Shown in pieces: positions 1 through 12,789 of a DNA stretch of 64,000 nucleotides. Position 1 is the first letter of the stretch; every line of letters starts with the position of its first letter. Source of the DNA: Eledone cirrhosa (Eukaryota); contig OZ024756.1 of NCBI GenBank assembly GCA_964016885.1, forward strand, positions 34,162,001-34,226,000, given 5' to 3'. The notes below the pieces were generated by a model that had not been told where the DNA came from, did no database searches, and saw only the letters and a list, made by a program, of their open reading frames with translations. A program made the translations under genes and the position numbers.

Positions 1-335
1 TTGAACGACACATCTCTCTATAGGTACCAAGCTTGAACGCCCCATCTATCTATCTAGCAAACTTGAACGACACATCTCTCTATAGGTACCAAGCTTGAAC
101 GCCCCATCTATCTATCTAGCAAACTTGAACCACACATCTCTCTATAGGTACCAAGCTTGAACGCCCCATCTATCTATCTAGCAAACTTGAACCACACATC
201 TCTCTATAGGTACCAAGCTTGAACGCCCCATCTATCTATCTAGTAAACTTGAACGACACATCTCTCTATAGGTACCAAGCTTGAACCCCCCATCTATCTA
301 TCTAGCAAACTTGAGCCACGCAGCTATCTACCTAG
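1..335. repeat. 62-bp tandem minisatellite (about 5.3 copies, truncated by window start), built from two related ~31-bp subunits
   Basis: Unit ttgaacgacacatctctctataggtaccaagc+ttgaacgccccatctatctatctagcaaac recurs at 1, 63, 125, 187 and 249. Confidence 0.92.
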
Positions 336-1053
336 TTACCTACCTATCAATAAAATCTCCGAATTAGCTGTGATAATAAAACAAATGACTCAGCTAATTT
401 TATAAAATACAATAACGGAGTAATAACTGTTTTTAATCAGCTAAATAATCTAGCGTGTGTATGTGTGTTTGTCTGTCTATGTGTATATATGTGTGTGTGT
501 GTGCGTGTTTGTCTATGTATGTGTGTGTGTGTGTGTGTGTCTGTGTGTGTCTGTGTAAGGCAAGTGTCTTCTGCTATAGCTGCGGGTTGACCATTACCTT
601 GTGAGTGGAATAGGGCAAACAGAAACTGCAGAACCCGGTCACATGTGTGTGTCGCGCGCGCGCGCATGCGTGTGCATGTGTGCGAGTTTACGATATTGCC
701 CCAGCATGGCCGCAGTCTAGTGACTGAAACTAGTAAAAGAATATAAGAATTCTATACAATGTATTTATTGTGCTTTGTCCGTCAATTGGCCTCACAGTGG
801 CTTCCTTAAATCTTACTATAAATATAATATATAGCCTGTAGGTAATGTCGGCCTGCCTGCCTGCCTATTTGTCTGTCTGTCGGCCTGCCTATCTGTCTGT
901 CTGTCTGTCTAACTCGGTTGTGATAAGTAGCAGGCATGTGAAAGGGTGGGTTGACCTCCGAATACTGAGGTCAATTTAAAGCGAGGCGAAAGCGTGAGAA
1001 AGATGGAGAAGAGAGGAAAGATAGATTTAAAAACTAACTGAAAACAAGAATAG

Positions 1054-1120
<67 letters not shown>

Positions 1121-1136
1121 TGTCTGTGTGTGTATT

Positions 1137-1264
1137 TGGCCGGTATTTATCCCGGTTTCATGGCGTGAAGCGACTGAGAGTACAAGACTCCACCCTGGAC
1201 AGGACGCCAGTCCATCGCAGGGTTAAACCCCCAACTATTGCTGGTACTCATTTTCAGCTGAGTA
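1137..1264 (-). mobile_element. SINE 3' fragment with V-domain-like segment
   Basis: Minus strand reads actcagctgaaaatgagtaccagc...cctgcgatggactggcgtcctgtccagggtg, resembling the V-SINE conserved domain; a related degenerate copy lies at ~23195-23305. Confidence 0.6.
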
Positions 1265-1403
1265 TCCTGGAGCAACTACTTGGGGTAGTAGAATGGGTAA
1301 TGTGTTCAGGACCCCGACGGCTGAGCTCCAGCCGTTTCGACAACTAGATCCGAACTCATCTAGCTGTCGAAACGGCTGGAGCTCAGCCGTCGAGGTCTTG
1401 AAT
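1262..1403. mobile_element. Family A PLE-like inverted 3'-end insertion (partial HHR)
   Basis: gaccccgacggctgagctccagccgtttcgac is inverted against gtcgaaacggctggagctcagccgtcgagg; adjacent to (TA)n. Confidence 0.7.
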
Positions 1404-1409
1404 CTCTTC

Positions 1410-1464
<55 letters not shown>

Positions 1465-1874
1465 TCCATTTCACGGTTTAAGGGGGAAGAGCGAGGTTGA
1501 GTGCGGCTGCACCCCCCCCCCCTCACACACACACACACACACACAGTGGGAAGTGATCAACTTGTAATCTACAAGCGTCAAAATGACGAAGGAACTCACC
1601 CACACACCACCAACACCACCAACACCACTCGCAATCTCATTACAAGCCGTATGTATCTCACCATTGCTAGAGTCGGTAATGCTTAGGACAATTACTTAGC
1701 AGCATTTGTTCCTCTTCTTTACACCCTGAGTTCAAATCTAACCAAGCTCAACTTAAACTTAGTTTTTTTTTTTTTATCCTTCCGGGGTAGATATAATTGA
1801 CTTCTCCCCTCCCAGCCATCCTTCTGTCCCCTCACCTTAAATTGCTGGCCTTGTGCTTGAAGTAGAAATCATTT

Positions 1875-2062
1875 GGATTGGCAGTATCGATAGAGGGTCG
1901 GACGCTATGCTTTGCAGCATAGAGTTACGTCCCTTTATGATCTGAGTTCAAATCCCGCCGAGGTTAACTTTGCCTTTCCTCCTTACGGGGTCGATAAAAT
2001 AAAGTACCAGTAATGCACTGGGATAATTGCTGGCCTTGTGCCAAAAGTAGAAACAATTATTA
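1875..2062 (+). mobile_element. tRNA-derived SINE (main family); a diverged copy lies immediately upstream at ~1672-1872
   Basis: A-box-like tggcagtatcgatag, B-box gagttcaaatccc, body gcctttcctccttacggggtcgataaaataaagtaccag, tail gctggccttgtgccaaaagtagaaacaattatt. Confidence 0.9.
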
Positions 2063-2362
2063 ATAGAGTTCGATCTCGATTATCCGAACAAATAAAAGTG
2101 TCTTGTTCAAGGACATTTCTTTTTTGTTTGGTTTGGTTTCGGATAATAGATTGTTTAGATAACCTATCTGATCGTAAACAAAGAAACCCACACTGAACTC
2201 AACTGCGTCTAGAAAAGAACGTTTACAAAGTTATTTTTGTTTGTTTGTTTGTTTCTCTCTCTCTCACACACACACACACAATCACACACACAATCACACA
2301 CAATCACACACACAGTACTTGTATCACCTATGCTGCGACACCGTTACGTCACATTAAAAAAT

Positions 2363-2657
2363 CAGACCTATCAACTCTCCCCCGTCCGACGGGGAGATCT
2401 CCCACCCACTTTAGGGTGGGTGGGAGATGTCTTTCTCTTGTGAAAATGGGCATAGCTTTAATTATGTAAAATCTCTCCCTATTTTGCCTCATTTCTCCCC
2501 GTTTTGGGGCATTTTTTTGGTGGGACACTTTAGGGTGGGTGAGAGATGTCTTCTCTTGAAAAAAAATGGGTATATTTTCATTAAGTAAAATCTTACTATT
2601 TTGCTTCATTTCTCCCCGTTTTAGGACACTTTGGGTTTTTAGAGGTTGGCAGGTCTG
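2363..2657. mobile_element. Putative MITE with short TIRs and internal duplication
   Basis: 5' cagacctatcaac versus 3' gttggcaggtctg; internal duplicated actttagggtgggtg...gagatgtc; no clear TSD. Confidence 0.55.
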
Positions 2658-2865
2658 AAAAATTATGGTCTTTACTGCATTTTTTCACAACAATCTGTCC
2701 ACTAATAGCTACACTATAAACATTTGAAATAAACTCAATTTTAGATATTTTCTGCTTAAATCACTACTGGATACTTAAAATAACCCAAATAACTATTGTG
2801 GCAAGATTCACTGCACCCGTCTTAACCAAGCGGTTTATTATTAGTATCCAACACGAACCCACGAT

Positions 2866-3056
2866 GAAGCCTCTATGTGGTTGCTCGCTCTGCAAGAAAT
2901 ACTAACCAAATCATAAAAATTGAAAAAACATTTAATATTTTAGTCAAAGAAAAACAAAGAAAAAGAACAAGATAAAAACATTTAGGATATGATTATGGTA
3001 GGGAATTTGTTCATAGCCTAAGCTGACCTGTTGAGGGCCGACCTGGGGTTAAATAG
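2866..3056 (+). mobile_element. Degenerate interspersed repeat (SINE/LINE 3' part); related pieces at ~6590-6670, 6980-7030, 7163-7195 and 53460-53525
   Basis: Shared motifs gcagccaaatc / gatttggctgc and ggggttaaa / tttagcccc recur in the window. Confidence 0.5.
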
Positions 3057-3639
3057 GCTTACTTGTTGGAGACAGACCTGGAGGTAAATAGCAATATTGA
3101 ACGACAAATAATGAACAAAACATTTGAAAAGGGTTAAAATAATTTGTAAAACAAGATTTGACGAGAAAAAAAAACATTTGAAAAGGGTTAAAATAATTTG
3201 CAAAACAAGATTTGACGAGAAAAAATAAAATAAGATTTGTGGTTAGTTGGTAACGCATTATATAGCAAAAACAAGGGAGGAACAGTGTGAATAACAGCGG
3301 CGACAGCTGGCAATACTACTAGTAAAGACTTACTTCGCCGAGGAGATCTAATACTACCGAAACATGACCGAAATGTTCATCTTATTGCAATGAACAGTCT
3401 CACGTTCTACTACATCACCTCGCATTCTGATTTTTTAAATTTATTTAATACACAATTGTTTAGGTTATCTCCCTGGTCTTTCTTTGCAAGAATTTCTCGT
3501 AAGATGTTTTGCTTTTTTTTTCCACAATATGGGTGTGTTTATTTGTTTGTTTTTTGCTTTTTTTTTTTGTTTTTTGTTCACAACATAATTAGCACCAACT
3601 ATACAATCTTATAATCAATCATTGAAAGACTTAGATAGA

Positions 3640-4080
3640 AAAACAGATACCAAAAGGGTTTTGAATCAGTTTGGAAGGTATTTAGGAATATGCAAACCTC
3701 AAAAGCTTTTGAGACTGTATGGACCCTAAATGGGTTTTCAGACAGATTGAAAGGAATTTTGGAAAAATATAGACCCTAAAAGGGTTTTGTGGCAGGTCAA
3801 AAGGAATTTTGGAAAAATACGTACCTCAAAGAGTTTTGAGACAAGTTGAAAAGAATTTGGAAAAAGATGGACATTAAAAGAGTTTTTAGGCAGTTTGAAA
3901 GGAATTTTGGAAACTACGAACATCAAAAGGTTTTGAAGCAGTTTGAAAGGAATTTTGGAAACTAGGAACCTCAAAAGGTTTTGAAGCAGTTTGTAAGGAA
4001 TTTTGGAAAGTACGAACCTCAAAGGGTTCTGAGACAGTTTAGGAAGAACTAAAAAAGGGGTTTTGAAACAAATTAGAAGG
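3640..4080. repeat. Degenerate ~47-bp tandem minisatellite
   Basis: Repeating caaaaggttttgaagcagtttgaaaggaattttggaaactacgaacct. Confidence 0.8.
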
Positions 4081-4721
4081 AAGTTAAAGAAAAAAGCAGC
4101 AGTGAATATTGTGAAGTAAAACCAAAAAAGCAGTGAGTTGATTATGAAGTAGGAATAATGTAAAATGGTCAAATCAAAACCAAAGCGAAAGAAAGAGAGA
4201 AAGCTTGAAACAGCAATATAGCAAACGAGAGACCAATTAATTCTGGATGAATATGTGTATGTGTGTGTAGATGAACACATGTGTAAATGGACACCTATGC
4301 AGCGATGTAGGAGTGTACGGATGTACATTACAAATATACACAAGAGGTATTAAGAGATCATCTCAAATATGCAGTTATACTATAGGTATGTTAGAAACAG
4401 CGACCACCAAATTGTTGTTTATTGCTGTCCTTGAATATGACACTATTTTATGATGTCCCAGTTCACACGTCTGGAGAGGAGGGTAGGTGGTGTAGAGGGT
4501 AATGTGTTGCGACGTCACTTAGAACAAAGCTGTATTTATTGGCCTTTGCCTTGGACAATATCATATATAATGTATATATAATATATACACTGAGTGTATA
4601 TGAGATGCACAGACATTGGTGCCAAGCTGTATTGGTCATTGCTTTTCCCTTGAACAACATCATATATAATGTATAATATAATAGATATATATATATAATG
4701 GATATATATATATATATATAT

Positions 4722-4755
<34 letters not shown>

Positions 4756-4757
<2 letters not shown>

Positions 4758-4892
4758 ATAGAATCAGTTTGAAACTGGTTAGACCATTGCTAAACAGAGT
4801 ACTTGATACTTGGAATAGTAGAGTATGGCTATATTATAAGGAGTTAGGGCCCGACGGCTGAGCTCTTGCCGTTTCAACACCTAGTTCCAGAC
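4756..4892 (-). mobile_element. Diverged family A-like PLE 3' end
   Basis: Minus strand gaaacggcaagagctcagccgtcgggcc followed by atactctactattccaagtatcaagtac; abuts (TA)n. Confidence 0.6.
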
Positions 4893-4959
4893 TATATATT
4901 GAATGTATATTAGTTGCAATGACACTGGTGCTAAGCTGAGTAGGCCTTTGTCTTTCTTT

Positions 4960-5310
4960 TGGACAAACCACGTCGGTGCCGTGGAAGAAGGGAGACAGGC
5001 GTGCACGGGACGACTGCTGGTCTTCCACAAAACACTCAGTCCAGACGTGTGGGCCGGGGAGTCAATCAAACCTCAGCTCAGTCAGTCAGTCCGGTCGCTC
5101 TCCGACAGGTTTGCAGTCGAGCCCCTAAGCAGTGAAGACTTCTGGCGTCCTTGGCCCTACGGCTACCTCCCTACTCACCACCATGGGCCCTGAGTTGGCC
5201 AGTCGCAGGTGTGAGCTTCACGAGATGGAATGGCTCTTCCAGCGCATCTTCCTTACCATCTTCCGGGAAAACGCCTTCTCCATTCTGTCCGCCGAGGCTG
5301 TGGGGCGGCC
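4960..5310 (+). mobile_element. CRE-clade-like non-LTR retrotransposon remnant (C-terminal restriction-like endonuclease region, frameshifted)
   Basis: VPWKKG... then EPLAVKTSGVLGPTATSLLTTMGPELASRRCELHEMEWLFQRIFLTIFRENAFSIL, matching the CRE RLE C-terminal pattern (AVET.G..G / LFQRLS..IQRGNA.SIL). Confidence 0.75.
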
Positions 5311-5458
5311 AGCACGTGAGACCCCATTTGCTCATGATACAGAGAGATGGGGAAGGTGATAGAAATGGAGGCGATGACAGTAGGGGTTTTGCTTTTCCGT
5401 GTTCGGACCTGGTGTGCAGCCTCAGTTGTCCGAAAGGAGGCACCCATTCATATATATA

Positions 5459-5669
5459 TAAAAGTTTTAATATAGATGAGATTCTACAGGACTAGAACTG
5501 TTTCATTCTTTAGAAATCATCAGGAATCTGCTGATTCTGATGATTTCTAAAGAATGAAACAGTTCTAGTCCTGTAGAATCTCATCTATATTAAAACTTTT
5601 ATACTCTGCAATGTATTGAGTACCTTACTTACTGTGGTTACCTCCGATTCAACCCGGAATAACGTACCT
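5459..5669. mobile_element. Family B PLE-like insertion: inverted arm, direct arm and tail, within (TA)n; fragments also at ~31400-31470 and ~48063-48152
   Basis: ~65-bp inverted arms at 5459-5523 and 5537-5601; tail tactctgcaatgtattgagtacc. Confidence 0.8.
5480..5528 (-). ncRNA. Type I hammerhead ribozyme
   Basis: GAUUC-CUGAUGA-UUUCuaaaGAAU-GAAA-CAGuucuagucCUG-UA-GAAUC: all three stems and both core strands are present. Confidence 0.72.
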
Positions 5670-5680
5670 ATATATATATA

Positions 5681-5965
<285 letters not shown>

Positions 5966-8250
5966 AAGCCACCAGTATATCTATCTATAAATATTATATT
6001 ATATTGAAGTAAGTATATAGAGTATTGTAAATCTAGCTCTACAATGTGAACTAAACTGAGCTCTAAATCATTTGTCAGTTAGTTAGGGAACCCACAACCA
6101 GTGATAACCAAACATTGATTGGATTACAACAGTTGACCACAGCACAGGTTAGTGAGAGACGAAAATATTGAGTTATTTAAATGAGATCAAGAAAACCCAC
6201 AAGACAATCTACAGTCTACAAGATATTTAATCCGAGGATTAGGTTTATGGAAAGAAGATTATCTTCTATTAACTTATACTATATTATACTATATAGAGTA
6301 CATGAACATGGTGGTGGTGGTGGTGGTGGTGGTGGTGGTGGTAGTGGTGGTGGTGGTGACGGTGGTGGTGGAAGGGACGGTGGTTTTCGAGTGGTGGTGG
6401 TGGTGGTGGTGGTAGTGGTGGTGGTGACGGTGGTGGTGGAAGGGACGGTGGTGGAAGGGATGGTAGTTTTCGAGTGGTATTGTTATGACTCACATAACCG
6501 GCCCTGCTAAGGGGTTGTATCTAAAAGGTTTTCTGCGAGGCTTCAAAAATATGGTCCCCTTGCCAAGTCCCATTGCTGTATGGGAGTTATAGCATTGTTT
6601 AGCCCCACCCAGGGCAGCGCTGACTGGGCAAGCATAGGATCAAAGGCATTCCAGCCGTGACCATCTGGTTCGTTTCCTCTATATGCTGAGAACATAAGAC
6701 TGAATATACACAAGGCTGGGTACTTAAATCCCAGACACACTCCATCTGACGAGGAGGGGAGGGGGCTCCCCTACATAAATATCCGTCTACCCAATTTCAG
6801 ACACATCTCATGGATCGATCGGAGGCGATGATAAAAGCCCAAAATGCCACATAGTCAGATCGAACCTTCATGATCGAACCTTCATGATTGCAAAACGAAT
6901 ACGGCCTCGCCCAGAAGAACCGCCATTATCTTAATATCTAATGTGCCTCTCTTTCTTCTTTTCTAAGACAAGGGTGAACTTTGGGAGATTTGGCTGCCAT
7001 GTCCGAGCAGGTCAAGATACCAACCATGTAGATGCCCCCCCCCCCACACACACACACAACCACCACCACCACCACGTTAGTTCGAGTATGGTGGTGGCAC
7101 TGGGTGATAAATTCTCCAATGTGACCTCTTTTCTAGGACAGCGGGGGGGGGGTTAAAATTTAGGAGATTTTGGCTGCTATGTATAGCAATGCCCCTCCCT
7201 CGTTAGTTCGAGTGCGACGTTGGCAACGGCGGTGATGATTATGATGATGACGGTGGAGATGGTGTGCATTATTACGTCTCTAGGTCGGATAAAAGAAGGA
7301 TAAGTTATGATTTAAACAACGAATGAGGTTAAATAAGGAAATTTGTTTTTAAAAAGCAGGTTAAGCCAGATAACGTAAAGTTACCTCCCATCCTTTCTCA
7401 CTCTTTTTTCTTTCTTTCAAGACTTTATTTTTTATATCTTCTGAGAAAGGTGAATGACGTTGTTGTTGTTGTTTGTAGTTGTTGATGTTGTTGTTGTTGT
7501 TGTTGTTGTCGTGTCAGCAACGTCTGCTGTACCACGAATTGTCAAGTGACTCAGTTCTAGGATTGTTGTCAGAAAAAGAGCGAAAGTTAATTTAGTTAGT
7601 CAACCACACACTAAACAACAGATACTACTACTACACACAACCACACTAAACTACTACCACTACTACTACTACTACACACACATACTAAACTACTTCTACT
7701 ACACAACACAGTATATTACACAGCACCATACTACCACACTTCCACACTACTACTACTACTACAACTACTACACATTACACACTATCACACCACCACTACA
7801 CTATACCACTACACACCACCATTTATACACCAACACTTACACACCACCACTACACCACTACACACCAACACACCACCACTACACACCAACACACCACCAC
7901 TACACTACGCTACTACACACCACCACTTACAAACCACCACTACACCACGCTACTACACACGACAACCAAGTTCAAATTAAAACAAAAATCAAACAGTTCA
8001 TACTGCCATCTTCCAGTAATAACAGTTTCTAATTACTCCAGTGCATTACTGGTATTTTATTTTATCTATTAGTAGAAAAATATAAAAGATTAAAATGAAA
8101 TTATTACAAAAATCTTTACAAATTTAAACATTTAATGGTTTGATTTCTTTCCAATATAAAACATCTGCTTGTCTATCAAAGCAATCGGATCGATATATGC
8201 ACAGAATGGATACCCCCATCGCTCCACTATTATTTGGGGCTCAAGAGTAC

Positions 8251-8768
8251 CTACATGTCAAACATGCGGCCCTTTACAAGTACACCTGCAGCCCGCAAAA
8301 AGGCTTTTACAGCGCGATCATGTTTTATCTTTGTAATATAAAAATAACAAAATTTGTTGTAATGTGCACAATTAGTTGTCGTGTATGGCACTCAGACAAC
8401 ACATATGTGACCCATGTGGCCCTCAGACAACACATATGTGACCCATGTGGCCCTCAGGCAACACATATGTGACCCATGTGGCCCTCAGACAACACATATG
8501 TGACCCATGTGGCCCCAGACAACACATATGTGACCCATGTGGTCCTCAGACAACACATATGTGACCCATGTGGCCCCCAGACAACACATATGTGACCCAT
8601 GTGGTCCTCAGACAACACATATGTGACCCATGTGGCCCCCAGACAACACATATGTGACCCATGTGGCCCTCAGACAACACATATGTGACCCATGTGGTCC
8701 TCAGACAACACATATGTGACCCATGTGGCCCTCAGCCCCCCCCCCCCCCTCCCAGTTAGACATGCCTG
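8251..8768 (+). mobile_element. hAT (Charlie-like) MITE containing an expanded 31-bp minisatellite
   Basis: Termini catgtcaaac...gttagacatgcctg; homologous to the TSD-flanked copy at 23621-23825. Confidence 0.75.
8391..8735. repeat. 31-bp tandem repeat, about 11 copies
   Basis: Unit ctcagacaacacatatgtgacccatgtggcc. Confidence 0.95.
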
Positions 8769-9456
8769 ATATACACCGTATATACACAATATATACACTA
8801 TATATATATACACTATATATACACTATATATACACTATATATACACTATATATATACACTATATATATACACTGTATATATACACTATATATACACTATA
8901 TATATATACACTATATATACACTGTATATATACACTATATATATACACTATATATATACACTATATATATATACACTATATATACACACTATATATACAC
9001 TATATATATATACACTATATATATACACTATATATATACACTATATATACACTATATATACACTCTATATACACTATGTATACACTATATATACACTATA
9101 TATATACACTATATATATAGACTATATATACACACTATATATATACACTATATATACACAATATATACACTATATATACACAATATATACACTATATATA
9201 CACTATATATACACTGTATACACTATATATACACTATATATACACTGTATACACTATATATACACTATATATACACTGTATATATACACTATATATACAC
9301 TATATATATACACTATATATACACTATATATACACTATGTATACACTATATATATACACTATATATACACTATATATATACACTATATATACACTATATA
9401 TACACTATGTATACACTATATATACACTATATATACACTATATATACACTATATAT
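8769..9456. repeat. (TATATACAC)n-type compound micro/minisatellite
   Basis: Direct reading. Confidence 0.95.
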
Positions 9457-9457
9457 G

Positions 9458-9652
9458 ATGTCCAAGGGAAAGGCAGGACCGTTACAGCTTGGCACCAGTG
9501 ACGTCGCAACTCATTTTTGCAAGCTGAAAGGACTGGAGTAAATTTGGGTTGAATAAAAATGCCATGCTATGCTCAAAGACACAACGCACCACCCGGCCCG
9601 GGAATTGAACTCACAACCTCACGATTGTGAGGCGAACATTCGAACCACTAAA
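9458..9652 (-). mobile_element. tRNA-derived SINE, second family (CORE-like); related pieces at ~4505-4660, 12590-12702 and 24628-24715
   Basis: Minus strand tagtggttcgaatgttcgcctcacaatcgtgaggttgtgagttcaattcccgg (A/B boxes), then gttgtgtctttgagca. Confidence 0.75.
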
Positions 9653-10014
9653 AGACTAAAAAATCTTCTTTACAAGATAAGTAAATACCACTCCCGAATA
9701 AACACACAATGTCAGTGGGGCAACCTACTTTAAAAGGGATGTTGCTTTTGTCTCGAAGACAAAATATCAAACACCATGAGATAACTATGCCAACTTGTTC
9801 AGACTAAGCACAATAAGATCGTGTGAGATAACCAGCACTCCCGACTAAAACACACACACACATACTATATAGGAGAGGAAACATTGCAATAAATAATACA
9901 TTTTAAAATGTATGAAACATCAACTGGTCAACGCTGATTACATGCAATCTAGTTATCTGAAGTGTCGTTTAAAAAAAAAAAATTGCCAATCCCAGTCATT
10001 TCTCTTTCCCCACA

Positions 10015-10690
10015 ATAATGGTTTCTAATTTAAGCACAAGGCCAGCAATACATGATAAGCTTAAAAATCCGTTATAAGCTAACCTCGGCGGGATTTGAAC
10101 CCACCTGTAACGGTTTCTAATTTAAGCTGAAGGCCAGCAATTCATCATAAGCATAAAAATCGGTTATAAGCTAACCTCGGTGAGAAGTGAACCCAGTTAT
10201 AATGATTCCTGGTTTAGGCACAAGGCCAGCATTTCTAGGGAGAGTAAAATCGTTTATAAGTTAATCTCGGCGGGATTTGAACTTAGCTATAATCATTTCT
10301 GATTTTAGGCACATGGTCAACAATTTTGGGAGGAGGGGAAAGTCGATTATATCGACCGACCCAATTGGTACAAAATGTTATCGACCGCCCCCTGCATCCA
10401 CCCTGTCGGAAGAATGAAAGGCAAAGTTGACATCGGCAGGATTTGAACTTAAAACGTAAAGAGCCAGAACAAACACATGCAAATTTATCCGACGCTTTAA
10501 CAATTCTGCCAACCCTATGCCCTTAACTATTGCAAATTTAAGCACAAATCCAGCAATTATGTAGATAAGAGAAAATCGATTATATCGGCTCAGTCCCGGT
10601 TCTTTACTAGTATTTTATTTCATCGAACTCGTAAGGATTGATTGGAAGCAAAGTTGACCGCGGCTGGATTTGCACTCGAAACGTAAAAGA
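10015..10690 (-). mobile_element. Cluster of main-family SINE copies and internally deleted fragments
   Basis: Repeated ggtttctaatttaagcacaaggccagcaa and aacctcggcgggatttgaac. Confidence 0.8.
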
Positions 10691-10705
10691 CTGTAATATA
10701 TATAT

Positions 10706-10901
10706 ATATTTGAAAAAAAGGAAAAGAATGACTTCACTTGTTAAAAAACTTTTGGGATTTAATTTTATAATATTATATAATATTATGAGTTGATTATAAT
10801 ATTATAAAATTAAATCCAAAAAATGTTTTAACAAGTGAAGTCATTATTTTCCTTTTTTTCAAATATACCTAACTGTACCAAGGATCTCACACATTTTCCA
10901 A
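10706..10901. mobile_element. Family C inverted-arm plus tail insertion in (TA)n (no HHR retained)
   Basis: ttgaaaaaaaggaaaagaatgacttcacttgttaaaa is inverted against ttttaacaagtgaagtcattattttcctttttttcaa, followed by a ~35-nt unique tail. Confidence 0.6.
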
Positions 10902-10915
10902 TATATATATATATA

Positions 10916-11172
10916 ATAAAATAATTAAGTCAAATATTTAAAATTTGGCTTCGTTTATTAAAGGTGTACTGCTATATATATTTCGCTGACAGCCATCCTT
11001 GGCTGTGACCTCTTCAGGCAGTCCGAATTGGTGTGGTAGAGACAGGTACACATGTTGTTGAAGTGTTTAACTCCGTTAATACTCCGATATGCCCAGTTCC
11101 TGGTTGGGTTGTTATTTCTCTGAGGAACTGGAATCATATATGGTGTCGGTAAACAACCAACATATACTCAAA

Positions 11173-11177
<5 letters not shown>
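10916..11177. mobile_element. Family D PLE-like insertion (inverted copy plus tail fragment)
   Basis: Near-identical to 35975-36200; tail ggtgtcggtaaacaaccaacatatactcaaaattt is in the opposite orientation. Confidence 0.8.
10968..11022 (-). ncRNA. Type I hammerhead ribozyme
   Basis: ACUGC-CUGAAGA-ggucACAGCCAaggaUGGCUGUcagc-GAAA-UAUAUA-UA-GCAGU. Confidence 0.75.
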
Positions 11178-11215
<38 letters not shown>

Positions 11216-11219
<4 letters not shown>

Positions 11220-11520
11220 ATATTAACAAATGGAAACTATATTTATAAAACCATATTTATTTTATTATACATATTTCAAGGGCCACCAAGGCAAATTATG
11301 GTGCGCTTCCATCAGATAAAATACAATACAGATTAGTTTTATAAATAAATATTGACATACCCTGAAAAAAGACAACCTTAACGGTTGGAGCTTCCTGGAT
11401 ATGTCAATATTTATTTATAAAACTAATCTGTATTGTATTTAATCTGATGAAAGCGCATCATAATTTGCCTTGGTGGCCCTTGAAATATGTATAATAAAAT
11501 AAATATGGTTTTATAAATAT
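11216..11520. mobile_element. Family E PLE-like inverted pair; plus-strand HHR at 11436-11501
   Basis: Inverted arms ~120 bp; ctgatga at 11444 and gaaatatgtata-ataaaata at 11482. Confidence 0.78.
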
Positions 11521-12789
11521 ATATATATATCTTTCTCTCTCTATCTTTCTCACATACATAGACACACACTCACACGTTAGTGAGTGCAAAGTTAATTATG
11601 ATATATTACACACCTTTCACACACACACGCGCGCGCGGAGAGAGATAGCTCAAACTTCCAAAGCAGAGAGCGAAGGTTAGCATTTGTAAATGAGATCATT
11701 CCCCCCACCACCACCACCCACAGAAAGAAGAAAGAAAGAAGAAAGAAAGAAGGAAGAAGAAAAAGAAGAAACCTATGAAATATAATTATACTTGACGTAA
11801 CTGACGGCATATTTCAGCTGGAAACACTCAACGTTTGCATATATTAAATAATACACAGCCATACACACACATACTCACACACGCAGTCATACATACACAA
11901 CCACACACATACATACATAGAGGGACAGAAAGAGAAAGAAAGAGAGAGGGGTAAGTACTCTCTTATATCCGCTACATCAACAAACCACACACACACAGAG
12001 AGAGAGGTACTCTCTTACACCCCCTACATCAACACACCACACACACAACCACACACTTAATTACACACACATACACATAGAGACACTCCTACACCTCCGT
12101 CCGCCAACAAACAACCACAAAGACACACATACACACAACCATACAGGCACACACCTACATACACACATACAGGCACACACCTACACATACACATACAGCT
12201 ATAATTTATCACTAACGTGATAATAATCATTTAGGCAAATAACATTTAAATACAATTTTTATGGGAAGATATACGACAGATAAAAATGGAGAAAGACAAT
12301 TTATTGTTTGTTTTTTTAAACCCGGAAGAACCAACGTATGATTGGATCATAAAACTCCGTGGTTAAAAATAAAATATCTCCAACACCAACAATATCAGAG
12401 AGACTAAGTTAGGCTTTTTTTTCTTTTCTCTCTTCTTCTGCTTTCTGTCTAGATGAAAGACCTGTGCCCAAAACGTCATTAGATTTTTCTTTTTGTTCGC
12501 AACAAAAAAATGTTGCATTAAATTTTTTTGTTGCCGTATATCCTTTCTATTATTTGTTGCCAGACAGTAAAAAAAAAACGTGTGACGTGTCTTAGTGGTT
12601 AAGGTATTCGTTTCATGATCATGATTGTAAGACCGTTAAGTTCGATTACCGACAGCAAGATGTATCCCTGAGCAAGGTACATATTGCTTCAGTCCAATCA
12701 GCGGAGTCGACAAAATAAAGTACCAGTAATGCACTGGAATAATTGCTGGTCTTGTGCAAAAAGTAGAAACAATTACTTACAGCGCTCTC

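Noticed and set aside
8391-8735. 31-bp repeat array as a CRISPR array
   Set aside because: Units are contiguous with no unique spacers, the context is eukaryotic, and the unit derives from a hAT MITE
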